In this document: one piece after another, positions 1 to 11,322 of the stretch
How positions within the stretch are numbered: position 1 is the stretch's first letter
Layout: the number at the start of each line of letters is the position of its first letter
Source: Amoebophrya sp. A120
Taxonomy: Eukaryota; Protista; Dinoflagellata
Reading direction: 5' to 3'
NCBI GenBank assembly: GCA_905178155.1
Contig: CAJINV010000006.1
Span: 316,398-380,397, forward strand
DNA: 64,000 nucleotides
Made by a program: the position numbers and the translations under genes
Notes under the pieces: generated by a model
The model's database searches: none
What the model was told of the DNA's origin: nothing
The model's input: the letters and a program-made list of their open reading frames with translations, nothing else

Positions 1-3000
1 GCATCGCTGTCGTGCCGCCGGGAAGTAGTAGGAGATTCATCTGCAACAGATGCAGAAGCCCCCTCCTGCTGCGCGACCTCCTGCTCCAGAGGGTGGTAAT
101 ACACCGGCTTAATTTCCTGGTTGTTGCTTGCGTACACATGCCCCAGCAGCTGCCGGTGCGGTTCTGGAGGGGTTCTGACGGAGGTTTGATCTTCCTGGAT
201 TTTCTTTTGAGAGGCGTTAGGCTGCTGCTCTGGACCGCGGTGGTCCGCATCTTCGAGATGAATATTGGCCCAGAAGTTGTTCTCTGCTGCTTCATTGCGA
301 CCATCAACGCCGGTCGTAGGCCTTGTACTCTTCACGTAGTTCGTGTAGACTGTATCCACTACCTGTTCCGCATACTGCACGGCCTCAGTCAGTTGCCGCC
401 GCAAATTTTCCACTTCAAACTGGAACAGAGCCAAAGGGTTGACTCCGGCCTGACGACGGAGTGGGTGCGACGTCGACTCTTCTTTAGTTGTTGTAGTCTC
501 AGCGTGATTTTTGTTTTGCGTTCTGTTCATCACAAAGCCAAACCAGTACTCCCCTACGCTCAAATCGAAGAACCCGTTGCGACAGTGGTCCTGCACGCGC
601 CTCCCGAGAACGTATTCCGCCCGCTCCGAAAATGCGGCAAGCAAGACGCAAGAGTCGCGGAGCTCGCCGTTTCTGGTGTGTTCGAGGGGGGTAGAAGATG
701 AATCAAAGTTAAGGCTGATTTCATCTCCGACCTATCCTGTGCAAAAGCATCGTGCTCGTCGTAATCGCATTTCCTAAAGGTAAATCCGCAACATTACAAA
801 TTTCATTTTTCATGCTGAGGGATGAATTTGTCATGCGATTACTACTAGTACACTAGGCTGGAGGTGGTCCTCTTGCGCATCTTTTACTTCTCCCAGAGCA
901 CGATGTTCTTCCTGTGCAAAAGTGTCGCGCTCGTAGTAATTGCAGTCATGCATTACAAATTTTTTTTCTTAAGATTAATCCGCATTACAATTTTTTTTTC
1001 TGCTCATGCTGAGGAAATTTGTAATGCATTAATACTGTTACTACACGATGAGTACGATACTTGTGCAAGTCATAGTATGTAATCCTTCCGAACGCGCGGC
1101 TCCTCGTCTATTACGGGCGGGAAAACGCGGCAGATGGACGTTTTTCGTATTGTTTCCGCCTGGGACCACTGATTCTTCAACAGGGTAGTTGCCTCGTTCT
1201 GATGCAGAAGTAGGTGGGTATAGTGCCGCTGTTCTTGGTGGGAAATTGGAGTGGAGGTCCTCGCATTTTCAGCGGTAGGTGGACTGCTCCTGGAGGCCGC
1301 GCCTCCTCCGTCAGGGGGTTCATTTCTAGCCGTTGTTGCAGCAGCATCATCTTGATCCTGATGCCCCGGCGCGGCTGCAGCTCCGTTTATATTTTCACCC
1401 ACCCTGGCCGCCAGATGGACAAGAACCTTGTCGAACAAAAATTTGTTCTTCTTCGGAAACCTCCTATCCCGACGATAAAGAAGCCTGTCAGATTCGCTAT
1501 AGCCTTCGCCCCGTGCGAGCGAATTATCTTGCGCACTCGACAGCATGCGAGTTCTCGGTGGTCGCACGTGCGCCGGTATCATATTTGCTGTCGCTCTCGA
1601 GCGTAGTCCACCGTCCACACTATGACGCGCCTCTCCTCTTTCTCGGTCGTTAAGCTTCGAAGACAGAAAGCTGGACACCAAAACGTTCACCTTGTGTGGG
1701 AGAACGTGCCTGTAGCGCAGATTCATGTAGAGGGCAGTGGAGAAGGCAACACGGTCTGAAGAGGGCTCCTCTCGAAGATGATCCACAAGAATTTCGGGCA
1801 AGGAGGAGGTAGAGGACGCCTTGGTCGTACTAGTGCCTGGGGCAAAATTATCGTCCTCGTCCTCGTCTGTGCCACACACTGTGAACTTTGCGATTCTCGG
1901 CGATAGGCGGAGGAACGGTTTCGCGTCAAGCAATTCTTCCGGCCTGGGAGGAACGAGGCTGTTTATCTTGTAGGGGGATTTGTGGTCGTCGTCGTGGATA
2001 GTAAACTCCTTCCCGACCTGCTCCTCCTCATGCCGCTTTAGTAGAAGTAGATCGGGTCCTCGTTCTGGTACAGGCTGGTCTTCTTGCGCATCTTTTACTT
2101 CTCCCAGAGCACGATGTTCTTCTTGACCAGCAGAGTTTGTTACAGTAGAAGAAAAATGTTGAAAATACCGAACCGCATCCAAAAGCGTCGCAAAGTCTTC
2201 TGACAGGTCGAGGTAGTATAAAAATGTTCGCGGCCCCGGCTGCTCGTGGTCCTGCTGCTGCCCTTCGTGTCCGATCCGCTTCCGCTTGTTCCAGCCGACC
2301 GGATCTAGGACTTCCGCATCCAAAGTAGATCGACTGGTCTTCGTCTTGTTCGAAAGCAGCAGCTCAGCTAAGTTCCTGCTGCCCCAGATGACCGGAATAC
2401 AGTTTGCTTCCAGCAAACAGGAGAAAGTTTTGGGATGGATAAGATTGCGCGTGCCAATGTGTTCATCCGTTAAAACGAAGCTGAAGCGACAAGCAAATGG
2501 CTCTTCTTGTGCAGCATCTGCATTGATGTAGTCTGCACGGCGCCCAAGACGTTGAACTACACTGGAGGGATTCGTCTTTTCATCATTACCTGGACCACCA
2601 CCATCCGCTTCTTCTACTACTCTTGGCGGCGGAAGACCGAAGCGGTCACGGTCTGGAGAAGCGAAGTCCTCGTCGTGGTGCGCATTTATTCCCAGCGACA
2701 GTTGGGATGCACATGCGGTGGTGTGGGTGTGTTGTTCACCATCTGCAGGTCCTTCTACCAGGTTTTCCTGGAGGTTGTTCTTTGGGTCCAGGCGACGAGG
2801 ACTCAGTGATGTGACAGAAGAAGCTGCTCTCGTACTAGTAGTACAGCTACCCCCTTGCTGCAGGCGCTCCTCGGGGTTAATATTCGAGCTTGCGTTCGGC
2901 GGTGTGTTGTCTTTGTCAAAGTCACCCGCGACCTCGCCTCCCGAAGAAATATCGGAGGGCGAGGAATAACGTGATGAAGAGAATATAACCTGCTCAGGTG

Positions 3001-4512
3001 TTACAATCTCAAACGTTACAATAGAATATGGAAATCTGTGATGCAAGAGTGCATGATCTAGCCTCTTCCCACAGGATTGCGCATGACAAGTTTCGGAGCT
3101 CCAAACCGCACTATAATCTGGCGAGATTTGTATTGCAGAAAGTGGAACGCTCTGCGAGTCTGTCATGCTCATCATGCAGGACAAATCCCTGATTCTATTG
3201 TAACGCTTGAGATTGTAACGTTTGAGCAGGCCATAGAGAAACTCGGATTTTTTTCACCGCTGCTACCTGCTGAGGATGCAGTGGACGGCGTAGTTGTTTC
3301 GGGTTGTTGTAAACAAATGTTGTTCGTCGAAGCAGTGCCGCTGCTGTCTAGTTTTCGTCCGTTGGTATCTTTAATATCAACTGACAGAAGGGAAGATGCA
3401 ACTACAGGGGCACCAGCATTTTCATTGTGTCCTTTGCCTCCCCCAGGAGTAGCAGTGGTACTGCTACCCGAGAAGTGGTCTGGGCTTGCGTTCACGTTCT
3501 TCTTTTCACCGAGTTCTTGTTGTGGGACAGCAGTAGAACGGCCAGTATTAGCACCGCCACAGATGACCGGAATACAGTTTGCTTCCAGCAAACAGGAGAA
3601 AGTTTTGGGATGGATGAAATCGTCTGCCAGGTCACCAGCTGCAGCTCCTTCTACCAGGTTTTCCTGGAGGTAGTTTGGGTCCAGACCACGACTCCGGCCT
3701 CTGTCTACTTGTTTCATCTGACCCGCTAGTAGAACGATGGCCTGCTTCACCCTCTCCGCCTGCGCCCCCTCCACCACGTCAAAGTCGAGGCTGCAATAGC
3801 GTCGAGGAAGCGGAGCAGAAGTTCTCGGGGGCTCTACTCCTGCTTCAGTGGACGAGATAGTGGACCACGACGACGTGTTCTTCTGCCTAATAGAAGGCGT
3901 CTCAACATCGGCCACCTGTGCAGGAGCTGCACTGCTCGGGGCATGTTTTTCATTCTTGGCGAGCGGCCTTGTGCTTTCATCTACTCCGCCCCCATGGTGG
4001 GCATCATCGATGTCTTCTAGCCTTCCTACTTCATTCTCCTCCCCCTCTTCCAAGTCCTCAAACTCGCCAAGCTCCAAAATTCCCCGGGTCGTGATGGTCG
4101 TTTTTGGGGATTCGGAGTGCTTGAGCTCCATTTCATGATCGTCGTCCTCGCCGCTGGCTGCGGGGTCATGATGACGGTGGGTAAATACGCCAGAATTATT
4201 TTCATCCCCCTTATTTGCACCGGTAGCGTCCTCTTGAAAAATCGCATGCTCCAGTTCTACTTCTTCTTCCTTCGACGCTCGCAGGAGGTTCTGCAACTCC
4301 TGCTGCTCCCGGTCATTGACGGCGCAGAAGGAGGGAAATATGTCGTCGTCGACGACCACATGGTCACGCGGATGGGTCGATTGTTTTTGCAGCGTGCTCC
4401 TGTGATGAAGATCGCTTTTTAATACTTCCGGTTCTGCGGGAATTGTTTGTGACGTGCAGCAGAAGAGGACGACAGAGCGGAAGAACGGGAATTTTCTTGC
4501 GAAAATGGCCAT
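1..4512 (-). CDS. Hypothetical mosaic protein with degenerate glycosyltransferase family 10 (alpha-1,3-fucosyltransferase)-like motif; runs off left edge
   Basis: ORFs 3172-4572 and 1070-3184 join in frame (KNPSFS|SSRYSSP) when element 2984-3235 plus one GAGAA is removed. First ATG at 4512 gives MAIFARKFPFFRSVVLFCC. CRFSFVLTDEHIGTRNLIHPKTFSCLLEANCIPVIWGSRN resembles the GT10 YKFxLAFEN..YVTEK..NAL.AG.VPIV.G motif by eye. Junctions at 733-1074 unresolved. Confidence 0.55.
733..850. mobile_element. Introner family B, right end truncated
   Basis: Left TIR TATCCTGTGCAAAAGCATCG with GCATTACA/TGTCATGC motifs; no intact right TIR. Confidence 0.6.
908..1074. mobile_element. Introner family B, degenerate left end
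   Basis: CCTGTGCAAAAGTGTCG...ACGATACTTGTGCAAGTCATA; no clean DR. Confidence 0.65.
2984..3235. mobile_element. Introner family H
   Basis: TATAACCTGCTC...GAGCAGGCCATA; DR GAGAA; removal restores frame; absent from paralogous segment near 21530. Confidence 0.9.
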
Positions 4513-4759
4513 GAGGTCTTGGGGTTGACGCCCTCGAGCTGGACGACGTAAGTAGTACACGTGCTGGCTCACGCTTGTTTATAATGTTGAGGCTGCTCCT
4601 CTCACTCTCTGTTCTTTGTGATAGGCGCAACGCTGGTGACTACTCCTGTGCGTAGCACTGTAAGCAGGTAGTTCCAGCGAGATACAGTCCTACTGAGATG
4701 TGGTGGCGCTTCCGAAATGATAGTGCCCATACACGAAGAGCAAGTGGAGAGCGAAGCGG

Positions 4760-6900
4760 GGGCTAAACAATATCAGATGCTTCGCCTCGCAGCCTAGGAC
4801 CGACCCGGAGAACACGAAGGCGCACGGCGTCAGATTGCGCGTGACCCCACAACCGCCAGGCGTCTGTCACTTTATCACAAGACAGAGCTTCGCTTTTAAT
4901 ACAGAGGCACGGCGGCACTTTCTCCCCCGTTCGAAGACGATCGAGCACCGGCCAAGCAACATGGCTGATGCCGGCGGGAGCAGTGCAACACGCGGGCAAC
5001 GAAAACCGTGCCGGCCATGCAACGGGCAGGAAAATGCCCGCGCGCGCTGTTCGCGCGAACGGGACACACGAAGGCCCCGGGCCTGCGCACCGGCCACTGG
5101 ACTGAGAGAAACACCGGGCCGGCCAGCCCTTCACGCCTGGCAAACATACAATCCCAGCCAGCAGGCCCCGTCCTCTCATTGCAAGAAACAAGGCGGCCCA
5201 GGCCAGCTCGCGCGGGCTTCGGCAGGGGGGCCGCGCGCCGGCCGGCCCCAAGAGGTGGCGCGCGCCGGCATCAAAAAAACAAAGAAGCCCGCCAAGCGGC
5301 AAACCAAGGGCCACGGTGGTGGCGGCGGTGGCTTCCTTGCCGGCGTTCTCGCTCGCCTGGGCGTTCCGACGGTCTCGCTCCGTGTCGAAGCAACAGCCCC
5401 GCCGCTCTTTTACAACAGGGCACCGCCAACGCTTGGCCCCCTCTCCGTCCTTCGCCGGGCCACCCAGCTCGCAGCAGGCGAGCTGCTGCAGCCCTCCACA
5501 GGCTCGGCCGTAGAGGCAGCTGCGGGCTTCTCAAACTGCCGGCGGAACTGTAGCCGCCTCGCCCCGGCAAAGGCCGCACAGGAGTAAATCGCGCGCCGGG
5601 GGCCACCTAAACCGCTGCCCCGGGCGTCCGCCCCTCCTCCAGCCCAGTCGGCCCGCCGCCGCGGCAGCCCCTACTTCGCCAACAATGCCGGCGGGCGGGG
5701 CATGACGCGAGGCACACACAGCCCGGTCGCATATCAATCCGAGGGCGCTGCGCTCCTCCTGCGAAACCATACGGGCGAGCTTATGGACCTCCATAGCGAT
5801 CCGCCCTTTTCTTGCTGCATGCTTTTGCACCAGAGCGGAGAGCTACGGGGCAAAGGAAGCGCTCATAGTGTACTCGCTTCCCTGCCGGGCGGCTCCTTCA
5901 GGTCTCCGCCCCACAGCAAAAGGGCCGCGACGGCTTTCGTGCCACTGTGTCCGTTCTGACGCAGGCGCATCCTCAGGCGGCGGGCCTCCCCCTGCGTCTC
6001 GCCAGAAATAGCTGGGCCGCTTCACTCGCCCGGGCGCAGATCGCCGCCCGCCGCCCGGTCCGCCGGCCAATTGAGTCCGCCAAACGCGGCGGGCCCCAGG
6101 CGGGCGCGCTTCCTCACCGCTCTGGCAGGCGCCCTCGGCCTTTCCGGCGCAGGCAGCCAGGCCCGCCGTTCCGGCGCGGGCGGCCGCGGGGCGAGTGCCG
6201 CCGCCGGTGGCGGGGCGGGGCACTGCAAGGGCGCGGCGCTTGCCCTATTATCTGCCGGGAGCGGGGCGACCTGCGGCACCTCGAAGCCCGCCGGGTTCTG
6301 GAGCTTGCGCAGCCAGGCGCGCTGCCTTGGCGTTAGTTCGCGCAGACAAGGCGCCCACGCTAGGAACTCCGGCGCGTATTCAACGACCGAAAGCTTCCCG
6401 ACCTGTAGCGGCCAGTCGTATCGCTCGCCCACCAACACGCCGCGCAAAGAAAAGCCAACAACCACGGCCGCGCACTCGCCCCCGCAGCGCGGCGCCGCGC
6501 CTTTTCCTCCGCTTTCTTCCGCTCCTGCCGCGCCGCCGCCCGGGACCACGACGGGCGCGGCGCTGTACAAAGCCGGCAGGCCGATAAGTCAACCGGCGCG
6601 CAGAGCTTGCAAAATCTTCACACCTTCTGCGCCGCTCGCTCGCGGGGCGCCTGCGGTGGGCCGGCTTGCTGGAAGTCCCTGCCCCGCGGCGAACTGCAAC
6701 GGCAAGGGGGCCAGGGGTCTGGACGACACCCCTCCCGCATACCTCAAACCCCAGGGCGGGGGCATTGGCTGGGGCCTCGTGGCGTCGCCCCGGCGGCCCC
6801 GCGCGCGCAGCTGCGCTCGCAGGCACACGCGGCACCTTTGTCCACTGGAGGCAGTTCTTCTTCTTGATGTTGTACGATGAAACAACAAAGCGTCCATCTG
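4760..6900. other. GC-rich intergenic island, no recognisable gene
   Basis: Abrupt rise in GC with many overlapping Ala/Arg/Gly/Pro-rich ORFs on both strands; no introners. Confidence 0.6.
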
Positions 6901-7674
6901 TAGCGTGACGAGCTCTGCATGCGAACACCAGGTTGTAGCCCTCTATTTGCCATGTTTGCTCACAGCAATTTTTTCATCGAAGTCCTCGACTTTTGTTTTT
7001 TATTTTCTGATTTTTTTGCAATTTTTGTTTGAAAAGATGTAGTAATTGGGCCGTCGGTCGCGGTCCTAGTTCAGAAATTCGATCACAAAGAGGATCGATT
7101 CTTTGTGCCTCATCACCTCGGCTGTGCTTCATATTTGATGAAACATTTCAACAGACAATCCACACCTCTACAGGAAAGAAAACAATTCTATAATTCGCTC
7201 ACTTCATCATTGTAAGAAAATTATTTTTTTACGAAAAAAAACAACGTATATAATCTCCGCCATATTTTCAAAGCTATTTGTATTTCAAAGAAAATTTTTA
7301 TATCTGATGAAGTTGACTTTGACACGAGACGAAATAGAAATTGACAATAAGTATTCAGCCGGTGAACACGGAAGAAGGATCACCACCGCCGAATAAATGA
7401 TGCCCCGAACAAATAAATTGGTTCTCGTGAAATGTGTTCTTGTTGTCGCTAAAAACATAAATAAATTTGCAAAATGGGTCGTCGTCGGTAGTACTCAAAA
7501 TATCAGTATCACGCATAAGACGCATGATTGTTATTTAGCAAGCTTCACGGGTCTCTAAACTTTGAAAAAAGACTTTTCTCCTTTGATATCACGTGATATC
7601 ACGTGATATCAAAGAAGAAAAGGAGAAAAGTCGATTGTGCTGTTGATATCACAGCACGCGTGATATGTAGAAAA

Positions 7675-7863
7675 ATGCAAAAACAGAAGGAATTGATGCA
7701 AAAACAGAAGGAATCGATGCTAAGACAGAAGGAATTGATGCAAAAACAGAAGGAATCGATGCTAAGACAGAAGGAATTGATGCTAAAACAGAAGGATTTG
7801 ATGCTAAAGCAAAAGGATTTGATGCTAAAGCAGAAGGATGTGAAGCAAAAACAGAAGGACTTG
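7675..7863 (+). repeat. 21-bp tandem repeat (ATGCAAAAACAGAAGGAATTG), about 9 copies
   Basis: Visible period 21; translates as MQKQKEL/MLRQKEL heptads in ORF 7603-8142. Confidence 0.9.
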
Positions 7864-8164
7864 CGCCAGGAGCTGCTCGCTCTGGTATCAATCCAGCGGA
7901 CTTTTCTCCTTTGCAAGGAGAAAAGTCCGGACTTTTCTCCTTTGATCCATATCAAAGGAGAAAAGTCGTCTGATCCATATCAAAGGAGAAAAGTCCGACA
8001 TCGCGGACCCTCTGATCCATATCAAAGGAGAAACCCCGATACTTATCACGGACCCTATCCCACCCAAACCTTAGCCACCGAGCTCGTCTCCGCTCTGTTT
8101 CGCAGTGAAGATCAGAAGGAGCTTGCCTCCACTACGTGTTGACGCGGAGATCAGCGGCCGGCTC

Positions 8165-8500
8165 CTAAGGAAGAGATTTCCTATAAAGAAACGCGGAAAG
8201 CCCAGGGGCGAGCGATTTCCTAAAAGAAATCATGCGGAAAACCCGGACGAAGCGATTTCCCAAAGGAAATCATGCGGAAAGCCCAGGAGAAGGGATGTCC
8301 CAAAGAAAATCACGCGGAAAGCCCAGGAGAAGGGATTTCCCAAAAGAAATCACGTGGAAAGCCCAGGAAAGGGGATTGCCCAAAGGAAATCATGTGGAAA
8401 GCCCAGGAGAAGGGATTTCGCAAAGGAAGTCATGCGAAAAACCCAGGAGAAGGGAATTCCCAAAGGGAATCACGCGGAAAGCCCAGAAGAAGGGATGTCC
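8165..8500. repeat. 40-bp tandem minisatellite, about 8 copies
   Basis: Unit approx. CAAAGGAAATCATGCGGAAAGCCCAGGAGAAGGGATTTCC, head-to-tail without spacers. Confidence 0.9.
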
Positions 8501-8845
8501 CCTTCTGAAGGAAATCTCGAGAAGCCCCGACTGCCTAAGTAAGATGTTTGGAAAAGGGGGCTTCTTATAGAGAAAACGAGGGGCGAATGCGTTCAGGGCA
8601 CAAAAAAACGGTCTCCGGGAACAGGACCACTGCTACGGGGCCTCTCCCTACGCTACACTCACCGACCCCCCGCTACATTCGGAGGCAAAAATCGACCTCA
8701 AGACCCGCACCTTTCATGGGCAAGACGCGCCCAGGGTAGCCAGAATGCCCTATGCTAAACACTGCGCGACGGGAAAAACGCCCAGCGCCCTGCCCGAAGC
8801 CATTCTCTGCGCGAGGCCAATCAAAAACGCCTCCGCGGCAAGCCT

Positions 8846-8961
8846 GGGACTTATGGCAGCGGGTGAGCTGTTCCCAGGGTAGCCAGAGTGCACTTAGTGC
8901 ACTCTGAGAGTGCACTTAGTGCACTCTGCTGCCATAAGTCTCACCCGCTGCCATAAGTCCC
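8846..8961. repeat. 22-bp perfect inverted repeat enclosing two tandem palindromes
   Basis: GGGACTTATGGCAGCGGGTGAG (8846-8867) / CTCACCCGCTGCCATAAGTCCC (8940-8961); AGAGTGCACT-T-AGTGCACTCT at 8885-8905 and 8907-8927. Confidence 0.9.
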
Positions 8962-10618
8962 ATAGTGACTATGCTAAACACAGCACTGCGGGAAAAATAA
9001 AAGAAAGTAAGGAACGGCGAAAAAAAAGCGCAACACCAAGGACTCGCGGCACGCCGCCAGCACCCACCACCCACCCTAGGGCAACGCACGGTCCCTCCCT
9101 CGGGTAGCCGGCCCCCCATGTGTCACACACGCGCTGCAACCCGGCAAAGGCCCCACAACGAAATCAGCAGCGCCCACACGATCTAGGGCAGCAAGCAAGA
9201 ACGAACGAAAAACTTGTGGCCTTCGCCGGCCACGCAAGCGGGCGGACGAAATGCGCACGCGCGCGCGGCAGCGCGCGAAGAATTTTTTTTTTCTGGTACA
9301 GGGAACAAGGCCGCGGGTCCGGATAAAATTCCGGGCCACATGCGCATCGTCTTTGCTTTCGCCGTGCCGCGCAAGCAGAGTCAGCACCGCCTCGCGCACG
9401 CCATGCTGCCCCATCTCCGCCGAGCAGCAAATCAGAGCAGGCCCCCCCGCACGCAGAGAAAATAAACGCACGGGGGAAATTGCGCCAGCTCGGTGCGCTT
9501 CCGCGTGCGCGGTGTGCGAAAGAGATCTTTCAGACCCTCCCCCGCTCCCCAAGGAGACGAGGCTAGGCTGCGTGCCTGGTACGCGCGAAAAATACCAGGC
9601 GCCCTCCAACCACACAAGCACGGACATCAAAGGCCGCCTACGCAAAGCGGGTTCTGCACGGGCTTGCCCCCCAAAGAAGGGGCCCCAGGCTGTGTCTGTG
9701 TGCGTTGCGCGCGGCAACTTTTTTGTCGTCCCCTGCAGGCAGGAGGCCTCCGCGTGAACAAAAATCGGGCCAAAAGAAAGAGGGGGCTGGCAGCCAGCGC
9801 GCGCAGCGCGCGAGAAAAATTTTAGGCTTTCCACATGAATGGGAGGGGCCGGGGGGGGCCGCGGGCGCGTGCGGCGCACGGAGAAGAAGCAAGTTGCCCC
9901 ACAAGGAAGGCGCCCGAAGCGTGCCAAATGCGGAGAGTTGAGTTTGTCGAACCCCTTTCGCCCATTTCGAAACCCACACGACCTACGGTTCGGCTGCAAG
10001 AAATTTTCTCCGCGCGCGCAGCGCGCGCCGAGATTTTTTTTTCGGCCCTCCCTGGGTTCCGCTTTTTGCGGGCACCGGATCTGGCTTTGCGCCTTTCTTA
10101 CCTCAACGAGGCATCGCCGCCCGCGTCGGTGCAAAAGCGCAAAACCAAACACAACGCAAAACCCACCACCGAGCCTATCTTCATTCCGAGCAAGGCTTCC
10201 GATAGCCAGCCCCTTGACTTCGGGATGCGGGACCGGGAGCAACGGCAGCCAGAATCCGCCATCCGCCCCCTTCTCGGAAGTGAGAAGGGGGCCGATGAGT
10301 CGCGCAGATTCTTGGTGTATCCGGCGGCCTGAAAAGTATCGTCGCAAGAAATCGACGAAACGCGCACCCGTGCGCCATTGCTTTCATACCTGGTTGGAAG
10401 CCCTTGCACAGGTGCGGGGGCGCAAAAACTACCCCAATTGATTCGCGCGCCCCCAACATAATCATACTGCCAGTCCGACTAACAAGTGCGGAGGTTGGAG
10501 CACGCTACAGAAAATCTGAACGCTAGGGGCGAAATTTGTCCCGGTGCCTTTCTCCGCTGCCACTCCTCACGACAAAGAGCGGGACCAGTCCCCACACCGC
10601 GCGAGCTGTTGCACGCTC

Positions 10619-10718
10619 GGACTTTTTTCCTTTGGCTGGACTTTTTTCCTTTGGCTGGACTTTTCTCCTTGGCAGGACTTTTCTCCTTAGCAGCTTTGAC
10701 TTTTCTCCTTGCGTGATA
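10619..10718. repeat. 18-19 bp tandem repeat GGACTTTT(T/C)TCCTT(T)GGCT, about 5 copies
   Basis: Same core as the GACTTTTCTCCTTTG / AAGGAGAAAAGTC hairpins at 7570-8035. Confidence 0.8.
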
Positions 10719-11322
10719 ATTTATTTTTTTTTTCTGGACCCAGCTCCAGGAGAAGTAGTAGCATTTAAGAAAAAAACATACGCCACATCAAGAAGGCGGC
10801 GGTTTATGAAATCAGTAATTTTCCTACATGCTGTTTATTCCAGTGATTTTTTTTTGTTTTTAAAAAAGTCTAATGAATTTCAATACATAGGTACGTACAG
10901 GCATGATCAGTGCAGAAACAAATAAAAGAATTTCATCACCACAATCAAGATCCACTGAATCACCACAGGGACCGATGTAGATGAGTTCGAGATCATTAGC
11001 ATTGGTCCACGTCGTTCTTGCCTCCCCTAATCTCGTAGTTTTCGCCCCTCCTTCCGGCGTGAAAGCAAAACGTAGTTGGCCCGTCAAAGATTGTTTTTTT
11101 TCCTCTTTACAAGTGTGAAAGCAAAACGAGAATATATCGCCAAGAAACTTAGGTCGAAAATAAAACTTGTATCAAGGGCGGGCAAATTGATATATAGTAG
11201 TTTTTTGTTCGCTGAAGTACCAAATATGTTGAGGAGTTTCTTGATCTAGAGATTCTTCATTCGGTTTTGTTAATGTACAACAATGAAAAGAAAAATCTCA
11301 ATTTCCGGTACTATCTTCACGT

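Noticed and set aside
12-701. Plus-strand 229-aa ORF
   Set aside because: Antisense to an open minus-strand frame that runs off the window edge; no recognisable features.
8165-8500. CRISPR-like array
   Set aside because: Units are contiguous 40-mers with no unique spacers, no cas genes, eukaryotic context.
9121-9833. Second TG...CA element with CATG flanks
   Set aside because: Ends are not inverted repeats and the GC-rich sequence continues past both ends; likely coincidence.
4760-10500. Autonomous transposase or reverse transcriptase in GC-rich ORFs
   Set aside because: No DDE, RT or tyrosine-recombinase motifs recognisable; long ORFs are explained by stop-codon scarcity at high GC.
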